Shown: in pieces, positions 62,406 to 64,000 of the stretch | Numbering within the stretch: position 1 is the first letter of the stretch | How the letters are laid out: each line of letters starts with the position of its first letter | Source: Octopus sinensis | Taxonomy: Eukaryota | Assembly: GCF_006345805.1 (NCBI RefSeq) | Contig: NC_042997.1 | Span: 105,896,001 to 105,960,000 of the forward strand | Direction: 5' to 3' | Length of the DNA: 64,000 bases | The notes under the pieces: generated by a model | Seen by the model: the letters and a program-made list of their open reading frames with translations, nothing else | Told to the model about the DNA's origin: nothing | Databases searched by the model: none | Translations under genes and position numbers: made by a program

Positions 62406-63278
62406 CATACATGCATGCATACACACATACATACGCACAGACATAGAAATATATCTACAATGGGAAAAATCAAATACAAATGATGGCATGAAAATATCAA
62501 AGTATATTCACGGTGTTGACACCATATGGCACCACCGCTTGCTTATTCAATATCAAGACACGGAAAATATGTTTATTAGAGATTGATGCAGCACATGTAC
62601 ATAATTCAGCCATAGCGACTAAAACTCAGAAAAGTACTGTTTACACTAATCTAAGAAATACTGGTCCACTAGTGTGCCGCAAACTCTGTACCTATCGTTT
62701 GCTGGTTTACTACTACTGTTTGCCTTTAAAAAGAAAAAAATGGAAATAGAAAAGAAAGAAAAATTAGAGAAGAAACGCTGATGGAGAAGAAGAAGGGTAT
62801 GAAGTTTTGTAAAGGGTTAAATTCCTTATTTAAATTAACTGAATGGAAATGCACGTTTTCTGTTGACTGTGAAGGGAAATTTTTGCTGTTTAAAGCAGTG
62901 TGGTAACTAATATCAAAGGTTAAATTGTTCAGGAATTTCCAAAAGTGCAGAAAATTCGAAGGCTTATAGTTAAATTTAAACTGGTAAAACGTTTTGAAGT
63001 GTTTGACAGTAAAAGCTTAAGTATATTTGTGGATTATAAAAATTTGCTTAAATTAATGAAACTGTGGTGCAAAATGGAATAGTGTAGTGTACCTTGAAAA
63101 TATTTAAAAGTTTGTTAAATTGACCGTGAGTAACTTTGGGATAAGTACAAATTACAAAAATTAAATCTTAGAAAATGGTATTCTATAAACTAGACGGGTT
63201 AGCCGCGAGAATAATATTATTAATTTAGTTTATATATAGTATATTGAAATATATATAGTTAGTTAAGTAACTAATAGT

Positions 63279-63580
63279 GGATGCGCAATGGCCCAGTAGT
63301 TAGGGCAGCGGAATGCCGGTCGGAGGATCGCGGTTTCGATTCCCAGACTGGGCGTTGTGTGTGTTTATTGAGCGAAGACACCGACAGCTCCACGTGGCTC
63401 CGGCGGGGAGTGGTGGCGACCCCTGTTGTACTCTTTCGCCCCAACTTTTTCTCACTCTTTCTTCCTGTTTCTTGAATAACGCTGCGATGGACTGGCGTCC
63501 CGTCCAGCCGGGCGGAGGGGACACATACGCCACAGAAACCGAGCCTATGAGCCTGGCTAGGCTTGAAAAGGGGCGCATAA
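63279..63580 (+). mobile_element. SINE family B head with the V-domain-like tail
   Basis: GGATGCGCAATGGCCCAGTAGTTAGGGC head as at 9938; tail AACGCTGCGATGGACTGGCGTCCCGTCCAG..GGCTTGAAAAGGGGCGCAT as at ~34651-34752. Confidence 0.88.
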
Positions 63581-64000
63581 ATAAAATAACAAATGAAGCA
63601 AAGTAGCTAATGATTTTCTTCAGATTTAAGATATTAATACATGCATGCATATATGTACGTATGTATAGATAGGTAGGTAGATAGAAGTAAATAAATGAAG
63701 AGTTTTCAGAAAATAGGTAAAGGAAATAATACTATGAAATACCGTAGAATTGAATAAACAAATATTTTCACAATTAATATCCGAGAAATGATTACAAACA
63801 AAAATAAATTATCTTCTAAAGTGCTCCCGTGAAAACGAAAATTACTAACGCATGCTAATTGCAAATATAAAGAAAAATATACATTAGAGTGGGGAAAGGA
63901 AAAACACAGAAAACGAGAAAAAATGGTTAAGGAAACAAAAGATGTATACATGAATGCAGCTGTTTCACTTTTAATTTTTACTTGGTATATCCCAAAGGCA

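Overview
AT-rich, microsatellite-saturated animal DNA with no host gene that I can call confidently (intergenic or deep intronic). The tRNA-derived SINE families and repeat landscape point to an octopus/coleoid cephalopod genome (inference, not verified). Main elements: (1) a near-complete Penelope-like retroelement (Neptune-type RT plus C-terminal GIY-YIG, 44.4-49.3 kb) flanked by direct pseudo-LTRs, each with a minimal hammerhead ribozyme that has an atypical CUGUNGA core. The same motif recurs in an adjacent inverted ~434-nt tandem, retrozyme-like unit and in a solo copy at 18.1 kb (5 copies in total). (2) A Tc1/mariner fossil with probable DD36E spacing. (3) A decayed Ty3/Gypsy element with its 5' LTR. 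(4) R4/Dong-type LINE pieces nested in (TAA)n. (5) A CR1/L2-type LINE 3' end whose tail matches the commonest SINE family here. (6) Modular SINEs, several MITEs, Helitron-like elements, a 43-bp minisatellite, a long GAA tract and local fold-back/template-switch rearrangements. Nearly all listed ORFs outside these elements are microsatellite artefacts. All coordinates and alignments were read by eye.
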